Below are positions 17,893-28,700 of a DNA stretch of 64,000 nucleotides, piece after piece (within the stretch, counting starts at the first letter, position 1; each line of letters opens with the position of its first letter). A model generated the notes under the pieces. It had not been told where the DNA came from. It did no database searches and was given only the letters and a program-made list of their open reading frames with translations. Made by a program: the position numbers and the translations under genes. Source of the stretch: Candidatus Multivorans sp. (lineage in GTDB: Bacteria; Acidobacteriota; Thermoanaerobaculia; Multivoradales; Multivoraceae); the NCBI GenBank assembly GCA_965216125.1, contig OZ244152.1, positions 2,755,035 to 2,819,034 on the forward strand, in the 5' to 3' direction.

Positions 17893-20800
17893 TCAGTGCC
17901 TGGGTCCCGGATCGGGGCGAAATCTCGAAGGGGCTGGCGCCGGCGGCGGTTCCACCCTGCCCGCCTCGGCCAGCTCTCCTCTAGCGATGTCCTCGAACGA
18001 CTCGATGCCCTTGCGCAGTGGCTGAAGGGGTAGCACTCCGGCACCGGAGCTCTTCAGAGCCGGCGCCGCCGATGCGGCGTTGGCCGTCTCGCAGGTCCAG
18101 ACGCAGGCCTGTACGCGGTCAAGACCCCGTCGAACGCAGTCGCGTTGGCAGGCTTGAACCGCCCCACTGGGCGCCTTTGGCTGCGAGAAGTACCTCGATC
18201 CGCGAATGGGGATCCCATTCCCGAACTGCATGCAGACGACTGTCAGTGCGGTCACGTTCGTTTGCTCGCTGGCAACGAAGACGGGCTGGACTGTGTCGTG
18301 GTCTGGCGCTCTGTCGCCGCTGGCGGCGGCGAACCTCGCTACCGCCGGGCCCGACCCGACGATCATCATCCGCTGATTGCCGCCATCTTTCGGCTCCAGC
18401 CAGTCGCCGGGGCTGTACGCGATGTCCTGGATTCCGTCGCCGCGCAGCAGCATGGTCTGAAACGAGTCCGCGCCGATGCTCAGAGAGGTCGAACCGGTCG
18501 CGGCGTCGACACCCAGCAGGTCTCGGCCTGCATCCTGTGGCGGGTGGCCGGGCGGTACGAGTTCCGGAGGGAAGTTGCTGAGGGAGTCACCGCTTCTGAA
18601 GTCGATAAACCCGTCCAACGTGAGCGGCGCATGACCCTTACGGTGAATCGTGACGGTGTATTTCGCTGCATCGCTGGAGATGAACTCGAGATCGAAGATC
18701 CACCGCTCGTCCGATTCCGGCCTACACGATCCAAACCGTCCGAAACACAAGACGAGTCGAGCCGTGTTGGCGCCGGCACGTTCGTATGCGTAGCGTCCGA
18801 AGCGAGACCTTACAGGGCGTTCTTCATCACCTGAGGGTCTCGAATGCACCACACTGTCAGTGCCAAGATGGATGGACACCGTACCGCTACGGTTGCGATA
18901 TCGACCGCCAATCTGAAGGCCGGGTAAGAACTGCTTGCCCTGGACCAGCTTCCCGAACTCCGTCTGGTTTCGCGGTGCGAGACTCTCCGGCGCCGGTGGC
19001 GGATCCTCAAGGTCGAAGTCGGTGTTCACTCCCGCGCCCCCGCATTCGTCCAGGAACGAACCGGCGGTAAGGGATGAGAACAAGAGGGAGAGCGAACAGC
19101 CGGAGCGGCCGATCTCGTCGTACTCGAGGGTAATCAGGCTCCGGTCGGGACCGGTCTTTTCGTAGCGGTAGCTGCCGTGGACACGCCGGCCGTCTGTCCC
19201 TTCGCTGAACCTGCCGGTTGCCAGGAAACGCCGGTCGCTGAGCCTGCCGCCGGGCCCCAGCCGATCCTGGAAGTCCTCGCGGTCCAGCGGCGACCGATCC
19301 GTTTGCGGTATTCCGGACACCGGTGCGGACCAATCGCAATCCCCCTCCGGGCCGAAGGGACGGATTCGAACGTCATAGCGTTGGAGGTTCGTAAGCCCGG
19401 ACAGGTACACGAGGTCCTTCTCGCGGCCCGTGACGACGACGCGGTTGCCCCAGGCGCCATTCGAGCCGGTGCGCCGCTCGATCTCGTAGCCCTGCACCGC
19501 GGCTGTCTCGTCGTCGTCCTCCAGTGGATCCCAGCGCACGACGAGTAGCCGGTCCTGGGGATTGAGGCGCAGCCTCGGCGGTGCGGAACAACTCTGCACG
19601 AGGTCCAGGATCTCGATCATGACCGGGAAGCTCGCCGTGTCGTCATGGACATCCCGCGCCTCCACCGTGACGTTGTAGGTGTCCCGAGCCTCGAAGTCGT
19701 AGGTGCGACCGCTGCGGGTGCGGATCTGCCCGGTTTCGGGAACGACCCGAAAACTCTCCGCGTCCTGTCCCTTCAAGCTGTAGGTGAGGATGTCCCGGAG
19801 GCCGTCGGGGTCGACGGCGGCGACGGGGAGGCCTACATTGATGTCTTCGCCGGCGTTCTCGTTCACCGAGACGGTCGTCGGAGTGGTGGCGGGGAACGTC
19901 GGCGGGTCATTGATCGGGATGCCGCTCGTCGTGCCTGTACCCACCGACGACCAGATGTCCGGCGAACCGGTGTTGCATGATGCGGTGCGGCGGGATCGGT
20001 ACCGCGCTTCGTAGGTTGTACCGGCCCGAAGCCCGCTGAACGTGGTTGAGACGGAACCGGTTGCTGCGCTGGTCGACGAGTTGCGAACCGGCAGACACCC
20101 CACATCGGCCCATGCGGTTTGGGGCCTCCGCCGCCGAACCTGATAGTCGTAGGCGCGTGTTTCCAGGGGCCGCAACGTGGTGGGGAACGCGACATCGAGC
20201 GCGTCGTCGCTTCGGCCGACCTCAAGAGCAGGCGCCGCGGAAGTGGGCGACGTGACCCGCACATCGAAGGTCGAGAGTCCCGACGGTTCGCCTCGGCTGT
20301 TGGCGGCCACAACCGTGACGGTTGCCATTCCGGCCTTCGCTGCTGTGACAAGGAGCAATCGCTCCGATCTTGAACCTCTCACCTGCTCCACGACGGCGAC
20401 GTCGTCGTCGTCGGACCATGAGCCGAAGCTGTACAGATCGTCGTCGGCGTTCGCCACCCCGACGAACCATGTGGTCGTATCGCCTGAGGCGACCTCCGTT
20501 GCGCCTCCGCTCTCAAGCGCGGGCGGTGCCTCGGGAACGCTCACCTCCACGGCAGCGGCGGCGGAACAGTTGTTCGCGGTGTTCCCGTCGCCTGACACGG
20601 AGTCGACGCAGGCGCCGTAGTAGTGGGTACCGGCGGTCGACGGGGCCGTCAGCCTGATCGAGTTCGTGCTTGTCTCGGACGCGGCGAGACCGCTCACCAG
20701 GTCAGTGCCGACCGCTCGGTCGTTCATGGTGATCGTGGAATCCTGAGAACGGTAGTAGCTGAGGGTGGTGGGGGTTGCCTCGCTGTCGCCGCGATTCTCG

Positions 20801-21354
20801 ATGACCACTCGCAGCGTGAAGGAGTCTCCCGGCCCGAGGTCGGCGTCGCGGACCGACGCCGAACGGACGGTCAGATCCGCCCCGTACGCGTCGTTCGTCT
20901 CGCACCTGAACGCCGTGATGTCGCTCCTGGTCGCCGCGGTCTCACCCAGTCTGTTCCGGTGGTTCCAAGGGTTGCCACGGCTGCTCGTGACCTGCAGGTT
21001 GAACGCCACATCGGTCACGGGCGCTACGAACGCCCAACGGTAGCCGTTGTGCGCACAGCCGTTGAGCACTTTGACCAACATCTCCGCGTTCTCGCGACTG
21101 AAGAACCACATCAGCCCCGACTCGCCCGAGGCCCAGATCCCGGCCCGACCCTCGCCTACGAGCCCTTCCGCGGTTTCATAGCAGAGACTCACGCTGTAGC
21201 CGCCATCGAACACCAACGCCGAGGTGCTCGGCGTGCAGTCGCTGTATTCACCGCTGCTCAAGACGGCCTCGGCACGCGCAAGTGGGCCACCGGCGAACGT
21301 CAGCATGGTCACGATTGCGGCGAGACACGCAGCGCTGCGGTTTTCCGATCTCAC
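17893..21354 (-). CDS. Giant secreted adhesin-like protein with an N-terminal four-Cys domain, then CARDB, Ig-like, Fn3 and cadherin-like domains
   Basis: The signal peptide is followed directly by CTPSTSALVFDGGYSVSLCY..AEMLVKVLNGCAHNGYRWAFVAPVT..AFRC. A CARDB-like segment (DLTVRSASV..VIENRGDSEA). A cadherin-like segment (VSVNENAGEDINVGLPVAAVDPDG). Fn3-like segments. A C-terminal region of about 500 aa is unassigned. Confidence 0.75.
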   Translation of the reverse strand: MRSENRSAACLAAIVTMLTFAGGPLARAEAVLSSGEYSDCTPSTSALVFDGGYSVSLCYETAEGLVGEGRAGIWASGESGLMWFFSRENAEMLVKVLNGCAHNGYRWAFVAPVTDVAFNLQVTSSRGNPWNHRNRLGETAATRSDITAFRCETNDAYGADLTVRSASVRDADLGPGDSFTLRVVIENRGDSEATPTTLSYYRSQDSTITMNDRAVGTDLVSGLAASETSTNSIRLTAPSTAGTHYYGACVDSVSGDGNTANNCSAAAAVEVSVPEAPPALESGGATEVASGDTTTWFVGVANADDDLYSFGSWSDDDDVAVVEQVRGSRSERLLLVTAAKAGMATVTVVAANSRGEPSGLSTFDVRVTSPTSAAPALEVGRSDDALDVAFPTTLRPLETRAYDYQVRRRRPQTAWADVGCLPVRNSSTSAATGSVSTTFSGLRAGTTYEARYRSRRTASCNTGSPDIWSSVGTGTTSGIPINDPPTFPATTPTTVSVNENAGEDINVGLPVAAVDPDGLRDILTYSLKGQDAESFRVVPETGQIRTRSGRTYDFEARDTYNVTVEARDVHDDTASFPVMIEILDLVQSCSAPPRLRLNPQDRLLVVRWDPLEDDDETAAVQGYEIERRTGSNGAWGNRVVVTGREKDLVYLSGLTNLQRYDVRIRPFGPEGDCDWSAPVSGIPQTDRSPLDREDFQDRLGPGGRLSDRRFLATGRFSEGTDGRRVHGSYRYEKTGPDRSLITLEYDEIGRSGCSLSLLFSSLTAGSFLDECGGAGVNTDFDLEDPPPAPESLAPRNQTEFGKLVQGKQFLPGLQIGGRYRNRSGTVSIHLGTDSVVHSRPSGDEERPVRSRFGRYAYERAGANTARLVLCFGRFGSCRPESDERWIFDLEFISSDAAKYTVTIHRKGHAPLTLDGFIDFRSGDSLSNFPPELVPPGHPPQDAGRDLLGVDAATGSTSLSIGADSFQTMLLRGDGIQDIAYSPGDWLEPKDGGNQRMMIVGSGPAVARFAAASGDRAPDHDTVQPVFVASEQTNVTALTVVCMQFGNGIPIRGSRYFSQPKAPSGAVQACQRDCVRRGLDRVQACVWTCETANAASAAPALKSSGAGVLPLQPLRKGIESFEDIARGELAEAGRVEPPPAPAPSRFRPDPGPRH

Positions 21355-21364
21355 GTTCGCCGTC

Positions 21365-22573
21365 CTAGAAGCGTTGTCCTACGGGCTCGTCGGCGCACTT
21401 GAATGCCGACGTCTCGCTCTTGGTTGCCGCCGTCACATTCTGCTGGTTGCTGTGGGTCCAGCGGTCGTCGTTCGGACCCGTTACCCAGAGGTTGAACTCC
21501 AGAGTGGTGACCGGCGCCACGAAGACCCAGCGGTGGCCGTTGTGGGCGCAGCCGTCGAGCACCTTGACCAGCACCTCAGCGTTGTCCCGGTCGAAGAACC
21601 ACAGGATGCCGGACTGGCCGGATGCCCAAACGCCGGACTTGGCCTGGCCTTCTTCTCCCTCGGGCGTGCGGTAGCACATGCTGACTTCGTAGCCGCCGTC
21701 GAACTGGAGCACCGTCGTCGTTGGAGTACAGCCGGGGGTTGGAGGCGGATCCGGGTCCGGATCCGGGTCCGGGTCGGGCGTGCTTCCGCCGTGGTCCACC
21801 CCCAGGCGGATGAAGTACGCCGTAGCGACCGTTTCGGCGTTCCATGAACCCCATCTGCCTCCTGATGAGGATCGGGCCCGCCAGAAGTTCCTGGTGCCGC
21901 CTGGTCCGTTGCGATCCTCGGCGAAGACCTTGCCGCTTGAGTTCGTCCACCGGACGCTCAGCCATGTATCGCCGCTGGCAAGTCGCTGCCGGGTGATGTC
22001 GCCTCTGTCGACCGATACGCAGGTCCCTCTGCCTCTGGTCAGGCCGGAAGCCGTCGCCGAGTACGATGCCAACTGACTTCCCGGTCGCCCACCGGAGTTG
22101 CGGTAGAACGTCAGGACGAAAGACACGCTGGCGTTGTTGTCGTCTTCTTCTCGGCCAAAACACACCGTCCCAGAAGTGACGGTACCGGCACGAGGCAATC
22201 GGAATCGCTGTGCGTACTCCTGTTCATGAGCATTCGTGATGCGAGTGAACGACTCCGGTGTACCATCGTCGTACTTGTACTCAGTTACGGCGGCAGAAGC
22301 GACCCTGGTGGGTTCGGACGCCGCCGCATCGACCAGCGAGATGTCGTCGGCCCCGTAGACGACCACGTCACCGACGGCCTCCTTGACGAAGACCTGCTCG
22401 CCGCGGACCTGGAGCGGCTCTTCCCAGACCAACAGATCCCGACCCTGCTGGGCGGCCAGAGGCGCCGAAACAGCCAAGGCCGCTAGCACAGACAGAATCG
22501 CTATGCAGGTTGGCCGCCCGAGGCTGGATTTCGATCGGCTTCGCTTTCTTTCTTTTGTTCCTGGGGCACGCAT
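21365..22573 (-). CDS. Secreted protein: unknown N-terminal domain, (PD)n linker and the shared C-terminal four-Cys domain
   Basis: Start placed at the internal Met preceding signal peptide CIAILSVLAALAVSAPLAA. PDPDPDPDPDPPPTP linker. C-terminal CTPTTTVLQFDGGYEVSMCY..AEVLVKVLDGCAHNGHRWVFVAPVT..AFKC. Only 10 nt from the next gene. Confidence 0.7.
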   Translation of the reverse strand: MRAPGTKERKRSRSKSSLGRPTCIAILSVLAALAVSAPLAAQQGRDLLVWEEPLQVRGEQVFVKEAVGDVVVYGADDISLVDAAASEPTRVASAAVTEYKYDDGTPESFTRITNAHEQEYAQRFRLPRAGTVTSGTVCFGREEDDNNASVSFVLTFYRNSGGRPGSQLASYSATASGLTRGRGTCVSVDRGDITRQRLASGDTWLSVRWTNSSGKVFAEDRNGPGGTRNFWRARSSSGGRWGSWNAETVATAYFIRLGVDHGGSTPDPDPDPDPDPPPTPGCTPTTTVLQFDGGYEVSMCYRTPEGEEGQAKSGVWASGQSGILWFFDRDNAEVLVKVLDGCAHNGHRWVFVAPVTTLEFNLWVTGPNDDRWTHSNQQNVTAATKSETSAFKCADEPVGQRF

Positions 22574-22669
22574 GGTCGCTCTCACTCCGATTTGCGGGAA
22601 GTTGTTGGCTGGTTGTGTGGACACTGCCCGTCGTTCAGCGACGCCATGTTCGAGCAGCGCCAAGGCACA

Positions 22670-22706
22670 TTGTCGTCAGCCTGATTTTTGTCGTCAGCCT
22701 GATTTT
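22670..22706. repeat. Tandem 18-19 bp direct repeat (TTGTCGTCAGCCTGATTTT, two copies) in an AT-rich divergent promoter region
   Basis: Read directly in the sequence. It lies in the 279-bp region between divergent genes 21365..22573 (-) and 22853..24514 (+). Candidate operator or iteron. Confidence 0.6.
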
Positions 22707-22852
22707 CTGCACCATCGACTGAGGCGGCTCAGGACGGAAGCCGGAAGCTGAGACGAGAACGGGGACTTGAAGGGTCCCTAGGTAGCCACCGTACCAGAAC
22801 CCAGTGGTTGGCAGGATCCTGAGTTGGGCGCGAGTGCTAGATTCCTGCGCCC

Positions 22853-24514
22853 ATGAACAACTGGCATCACGCGGACATTCTCGAAGCGATCGCGGAGCAC
22901 CAGCCGGAGGCCCCGGCCCAGGCCTTCATCGATCCCCTGGGCGGCGCCCCGAGCCGCCGCTACTCGCAGGCCGAAATGCATCGCCGGGCGAACGGTGTCG
23001 CGGCAGCGCTGATCGAGCGCGGCGTCAGGCGCCAGGACAAGGTGGCGCAGTACCTCTACAACGTGCCCGAGTACCTGGAGTCGGTGCTCGCCTGCTTCAA
23101 GGCGTCCCTGGTGCCGGTCAACACGAACTACCGCTACGTCGAGGGCGAACTCCTCTATCTGTGGGACAACGCGGATGTGGCGGCGGTGATCTTCCACGGC
23201 TGCTTCGCCTCGCGGATCGAGGCCTTGAGGGAGAAGACGCCGGCGATCCACACCTGGCTTTGGGTCGACGACGGCTCCGGACCCTGCCCGGAGTGGGCGA
23301 TTCCGTACGAGCAGGCCGTCGCACAGTCGCCGGCCGCAGGCGACTCCCTGGCCTTCGAAGCCCCATGGCCGCGCAGCGGCGACGACCTGTGGCTGCTGTA
23401 CACCGGCGGCACGACCGGCATGCCCAAGGGCGTCATGTGGCGGCTGGACGATCTGTGGCACATCAGCAACAACGGCCGCGTCGATCCCTTCGACCTCTCT
23501 GGCGGTGTCGAGGGGCTGAAGCCCCAATTCGAGGAACTCCTGATGCGGCGCGTTTCCCTGCCGGCCTGTCCGCTGATGCACGGCACGGGGTTCCTCACCG
23601 CGCTGGGCGGCATGCTGAACGGTGGCTGCGTGATTACTCTCGCCAACCGCCGCTTCGACGCGGTGGCAACCCTCGAGGCGGTCACGGCCGAAGGAATCAA
23701 CGCGATGGCGATCGTGGGCGACGCCTTCGCCCGGCCGATGGTCCTGGCGCTCGATGAGGCGCCTAGCCGCTTCGATCTCTCGAGTCTGGAGGTCGTGGTG
23801 TCCTCCGGCGCCATGTGGAGCGCCGAGGTCAAGCGCAGCCTCCTGCGCTACTGCCCGGCGGAGACGGTGCTGACGGACAGCCTCGGGTCGTCCGAATCGA
23901 TCGGCATGGGGCGTTCGGACTCGACGGCCGGCGAGGCCAGCGAGACCGCGTCCTTCGTGCTCGGCGACAACGCCTGCGTGCTCGACGACGACGGCAACAA
24001 GGTGGAACCAGGTTCGGGGGTGCAGGGGCGGATCGCGGTGACCGGCCACATCCCGCTCGGGTACTACAAGGATCCCGAGAAGACGGCGGCCACATTCGTC
24101 GAGGTCGACGGCGTGCGCTACTCGATGGCCGGCGACTACGCGACCGTCGAAGAGGACGGTTCGCTCAAGCTCTACGGCCGCGGCTCGGTGTGCATCAACA
24201 GCGGCGGCGAGAAGATCTTCCCGGAGGAGGTCGAGGAGGTGCTGAAGACGCACCCCTCGGTGCGCGACGCAGTCTGTGTCGGGGTGCCGGACGAGCGGTT
24301 CGGGCAGGCGGTGACGGCCGTGGTCGAACTCGACGATCCCGGGCGCTTCAGCGAGCCGGATGTGATCGGTTGGGTGAAGCGGGAGTTGGCGTCCTACAAG
24401 GCGCCCAAGCGCGTCCTGGTGCGCGAAAGCGTGGGTCGGGCGGCAAATGGCAAGGCCGACTACAACGGCCTGCGTGACTGGGCGGTGGGCGAACTCGCCG
24501 CGCCGGAGGCCTGA
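22853..24514 (+). CDS. AMP-dependent acyl-CoA synthetase/ligase (FadD-like)
   Basis: AMP-binding motif YTGGTTGMPKGVM and GDYATVEEDGSLKLYGRGSVCINSGGEKI. Confidence 0.85.
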   Translation: MNNWHHADILEAIAEHQPEAPAQAFIDPLGGAPSRRYSQAEMHRRANGVAAALIERGVRRQDKVAQYLYNVPEYLESVLACFKASLVPVNTNYRYVEGELLYLWDNADVAAVIFHGCFASRIEALREKTPAIHTWLWVDDGSGPCPEWAIPYEQAVAQSPAAGDSLAFEAPWPRSGDDLWLLYTGGTTGMPKGVMWRLDDLWHISNNGRVDPFDLSGGVEGLKPQFEELLMRRVSLPACPLMHGTGFLTALGGMLNGGCVITLANRRFDAVATLEAVTAEGINAMAIVGDAFARPMVLALDEAPSRFDLSSLEVVVSSGAMWSAEVKRSLLRYCPAETVLTDSLGSSESIGMGRSDSTAGEASETASFVLGDNACVLDDDGNKVEPGSGVQGRIAVTGHIPLGYYKDPEKTAATFVEVDGVRYSMAGDYATVEEDGSLKLYGRGSVCINSGGEKIFPEEVEEVLKTHPSVRDAVCVGVPDERFGQAVTAVVELDDPGRFSEPDVIGWVKRELASYKAPKRVLVRESVGRAANGKADYNGLRDWAVGELAAPEA

Positions 24515-24516
24515 TC

Positions 24517-25569
24517 GTGGAGAAGCAGAAGGTCGTCGTCCAACTGCCCGGAATCGCCAGGGCGGCGTCGGTCGAGACGCGCTATCACTTCGAGCTGGAG
24601 GCGCTGCTGGCGGTAGCTGAACTCGTCGAGGTCTCGGCGACCACGGAGGAAGAGTTCCTGGCCGAGGCCTCCGACGCCGCTGCGGTCATCACCTCGTGGG
24701 GCTTTCGCATCTCACGGTCCGTGATCGCCGGGCTCGACAAGTGCATCGTGATCGGCGTCGGCAGCGTCGGCGTCGACATGGTCGATGTCGAGGCAGCGAC
24801 CGACGCCGGCATCGTGGTGACGAACGTGCCGGACGTGTTCATCGAGGAGGTGGCCGATCACACGATGGCGCTCTTGCTCGCCGGCGCGCGGCGGATGCGC
24901 GAGATGGACTCCATGGTGCGGCGCGGCGACTGGTTCCAGGGCCGGCCTCTGCTCAACGACGTGCCGCGGCTGTGGGGCCAGACCCTCGGCCTCATCTCCT
25001 TCGGCAACGTGGCGCGGGCGGTTGCTCGGCGCGCCAAGCCTTTCGGCATGCACGTGATCGCCTACGACCCCTACGTCAGCGAGTTGAAGATGACCGGCGA
25101 GAGTGTCGAGCCGGTCGGTTTCGGTGAGCTGCTGGAGCGGTCCGACTACCTGTCGATGCACACACCGCTCAACGATGAGACGCGCCACATGCTCTCCGGT
25201 CCCCAGTTCGCGGAGATGAAGCCGACCGCGGTGGTCGTCAACGCGGGCCGCGGCCCGACGATCGACGAGGCGGCGCTGATCGAAGCGTTGCAGAGCGGCC
25301 AGATCGCCGCTGCCGCGCTCGACGTGTTGGAGCGGGAGCCCCCCGCTGAGGACAACCCGTTGCTCGGCATGGACAACGTCATTCTGACGCCCCACGTCGC
25401 CTCGGCCACGACCCGCATGCGCCCGGTGACACGTCGCCGTGTTGGTCGAGAAGTCTCCCTTGCGCTTTCGGGACGCTGGCCGATGAGCTGCGTCAACCCG
25501 ACCGTGCTGCCCAGGGTGGCGCTCGAGCGGTGGCAGCCGGTGCCGATGGAACGCGGTCCGAACCGCTGA
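24517..25569 (+). CDS. D-isomer-specific 2-hydroxyacid dehydrogenase (NAD-binding, PGDH/CtBP-like)
   Basis: GTG start 3 nt after the upstream stop. GLISFGNVARAVARRA Rossmann motif. LNDETRHM..NAGRGPTIDE. Catalytic His region ILTPHVAS. Confidence 0.8.
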   Translation: MEKQKVVVQLPGIARAASVETRYHFELEALLAVAELVEVSATTEEEFLAEASDAAAVITSWGFRISRSVIAGLDKCIVIGVGSVGVDMVDVEAATDAGIVVTNVPDVFIEEVADHTMALLLAGARRMREMDSMVRRGDWFQGRPLLNDVPRLWGQTLGLISFGNVARAVARRAKPFGMHVIAYDPYVSELKMTGESVEPVGFGELLERSDYLSMHTPLNDETRHMLSGPQFAEMKPTAVVVNAGRGPTIDEAALIEALQSGQIAAAALDVLEREPPAEDNPLLGMDNVILTPHVASATTRMRPVTRRRVGREVSLALSGRWPMSCVNPTVLPRVALERWQPVPMERGPNR

Positions 25570-25715
25570 GGGCAGGCTGGCGATGGGGGGTGCGAGGCGT
25601 TCGTCGTGCCGTTCCCCCCTAAAACTGTAGGCTTATTCGGTTCCCCTGTTCCATAGAGTGCGGTCGCCCCACCGCCTCTGGCGAGGCGGTGATCTGAACC
25701 GGGGGCCACCGGAGC

Positions 25716-28700
25716 ATGTCGCTCGAGTCTGGCGCCGATTGGCGTCTCAATGCTGTCCTGACACTGGGGCTGACCGTTCTGGGAGGATTGATATCCGACT
25801 CGGTGCGGGGTCAGGCTCCAGCACTGTTTTCTGCAGCGCGCCCATCGCAGGCGGAAGTCGCCGCGCAAGCGGTGCGCGATGACGATGCGGTACTCCGGCG
25901 CCGTCTGGCCCCAGTCGAGCCGTCGACGCTCGCCGGCGTGCGTGCGTTGGTTCTCGAGCGCTCCCATCCCGTCGCCGTGACGCTGAACCTGTTCGACGAC
26001 ACGGTCCTCACGGGCATCGTGGAGCGGACGGCGCTGACGTTTTCTGGTGGCTACTCGGTCTCGGGTCGGCTTGCCGATGAGCCCTTCGGGTCGATGACCC
26101 TGGTCGTCAACGGTGGGGCGGTCACCGGCTCCGTGCGAACGGTCGGCGGTACCTACGCGATTCGTTCAACCGGCGGCGGGCTCCACTCGATCAGCGAAGT
26201 GGACGAATCGCAGGCTCCGTCGGAATGCGGGGTGGCGGAGTGGACGATCGGCCGGGCGGCCGCCGCCGATCCGAAGGACCGACGCCCTTCGGCCAAGGCC
26301 CCCTTCGCCGTCCGGTCGGAGGTCGATGCTGCCTTGACGACCGTTGATGTCCTGCTCGCATACACCCCGAGGGCTCTTGCAGACGAAGGTGGTTTCGACG
26401 CGATCGTGAACCGGATGGAGCTCATGATCGCGGAGACGAACGAGGCGTACGCGGCGAGTGGAGTAGTGCAGCGCCTGGATGTGGCGGCGGTGGTTGCCTT
26501 GGCCTACAAGTCGCCCGAGACAACGGACGACGAGAACCTGGCCGCCACTCTTGATGTCGACGCCATCTACGCGAAGAGAGAAGAAGTCGGTGCGGACTTG
26601 ATCGTCCTGATCGCGAGTTGGCCGGGTAGCCCTATCGCCGGCGTCGCGCCGGGGGTGACCACCGTGTCGGCCAGGTCGGACCACCTGGCTCTCGCCGTCG
26701 TTAGCGTTCACCGCTTCGGATCCCTGACCTTCGCTCACGAGGTGGGGCACATGATGGGCTTGATGCACGATCGCCGTGCAGAGTGCAGAAACGGGTCCTG
26801 TACGGCCGCAACGTTCCCCTATTCGTACGGTTATGTGAACCAGGGTGCCTTCGCGGAGGACGCACCTGTGGAGGCGCGTTGGCGGACGATATTGGGTATC
26901 TCCCCCACCTGCATCAACCGAGGTTTCTATTGCACCAGATTGCCGTTCTTTTCGAATCCTGATCTCTACTTCGATGGCGAGCCCATGGGGGTGCCCGGCG
27001 AGGAGATGACGGACGGAAGAGACGGCCCGGCCGATGCGGTTCGGAGCCTCAACGGGACACGCGAGATTGTCGCCGGCTACCGCGAGTTCGACCTGGGCGC
27101 CCTCGCGTTCGCCGTGGACTCGTACGCCGCGAGCGAGGGCGGTGCGGATGCCCAGGTGACCCTGGAACTGGAGGCCGCGCTGGCCCGCCGGATCGTCGTT
27201 CAGCTTCTGGTGACGGCGGCCGACGGGGCCAGGGCGGCCGATCACTCGAACGTGCCCGCTACGATTGTGTTTGAGCCCGGCGAAACAGAGAAGACGTTCA
27301 CCGTCAGCGCCGTGGACGACGCCTTCGACGATGACGGCGAGTCGATCAGCATTGCGATTGGTGAGATCGCCGGCGGAGGTGGGCAGGGCAGCTCGTCCAC
27401 GACAACGGTAACGCTGACAGACAATGACATGGTGGCCGGGGCGCCCACGGTGAACGCAGTCTCGTTGTTGTCGGACGCCGGAAGCGACGCCGCGTACGCA
27501 CTTGGCGACGCGATCGAAGCGGGCGTGACGTTCACGAAGAGCGTCGTCGTGACTGGGGCGCCTCAGCTCCAGTTGACGATTGGCGGTGAGCAGCGGCAGG
27601 CCGACTTCAGCAGCGCGGCGGGCGAACTGCTGACGTTCGCCTACACCGTGGCGAGCGGCGACCTCGATAGCGGCGGAATCAGCATTGCCGAAGACAGTCT
27701 CAACTTGAACGGCGGAACGGTGAAGGACAGTTCGGATCAGAACGCGGTTCTGGACCATGGCGCGATCTTGACCCAGGCTGATCACCGTGTGGATGGCGTC
27801 GCTCCGGAACTCGAAGAAGCAACCGTGCGCCTCATTCGATTGACGCTCACCTATGACGAGACCCTGGAGGAAGCCCCGCCTCCCACGCCGTCTTCGTTTT
27901 CTGTCTTGGCCGACGGTTCTTCGTTGGTCGTCACCGCCGTTGAGGTGGACGGTTCGACGGTGCGGCTCATGCTTGACCCATGGGTCCGTCAGGGCGAGAC
28001 GGTGTCCTTGGACTACAACCCAAGCGGCAACGTCGTGAGAGACATAGCGGGAAATCAGGCAGATGCCCTGTCCGGCCAGGCAGTTACGAACACTTCGCCC
28101 CTGGTTGTTTACGACCTGGACTTGGACGGGTTGATCGAGATCGCGAATCTCGAGCAGTTGAACGCGGTGCGGTATGACCTTGACGGCGATGGCGAGCCGA
28201 CCGCCTCAGGGGCGACAGACTACCTTGCCGCCTTCCCCGACGCCGGATCAGTCCTTGAATGCGGTAGTGACGGCTGCGAGGGCTACGAACTCATGTCGGA
28301 TCTTGACTTCGACACGAACGAAAACGGACAGATCGACGTCGGCGATGACTACTGGGACGGCGGCAGCGGCTGGACGCCGTTGGGAAGTGGTCCAACGGAT
28401 GCCTTCAACGCCACGTTCGAGGGCAACGGCCACACGATCAGCAACTTGTTCATCGATAGCGACGCCGCGTATGTCGGGTTGTTCGGCTACGCCGGCGACT
28501 CGAGCCTGATCGAGGCTGTCGGGTTGGTCAAGGCGGACGTAAGCACGACCAGTGAGGTTGCGGGAGGGGCCGGCATACTCGTTGGAGTTACAACGAGCGG
28601 TGTCGGCTTCTGTTTTGCCGAAGGGTCTCTTTCAGGTCATGAGGGCGCTGGGGGGCTGGTTGGCAAGGTTCTTCCCGGCGGAACGATCTATGTCGGCTAT

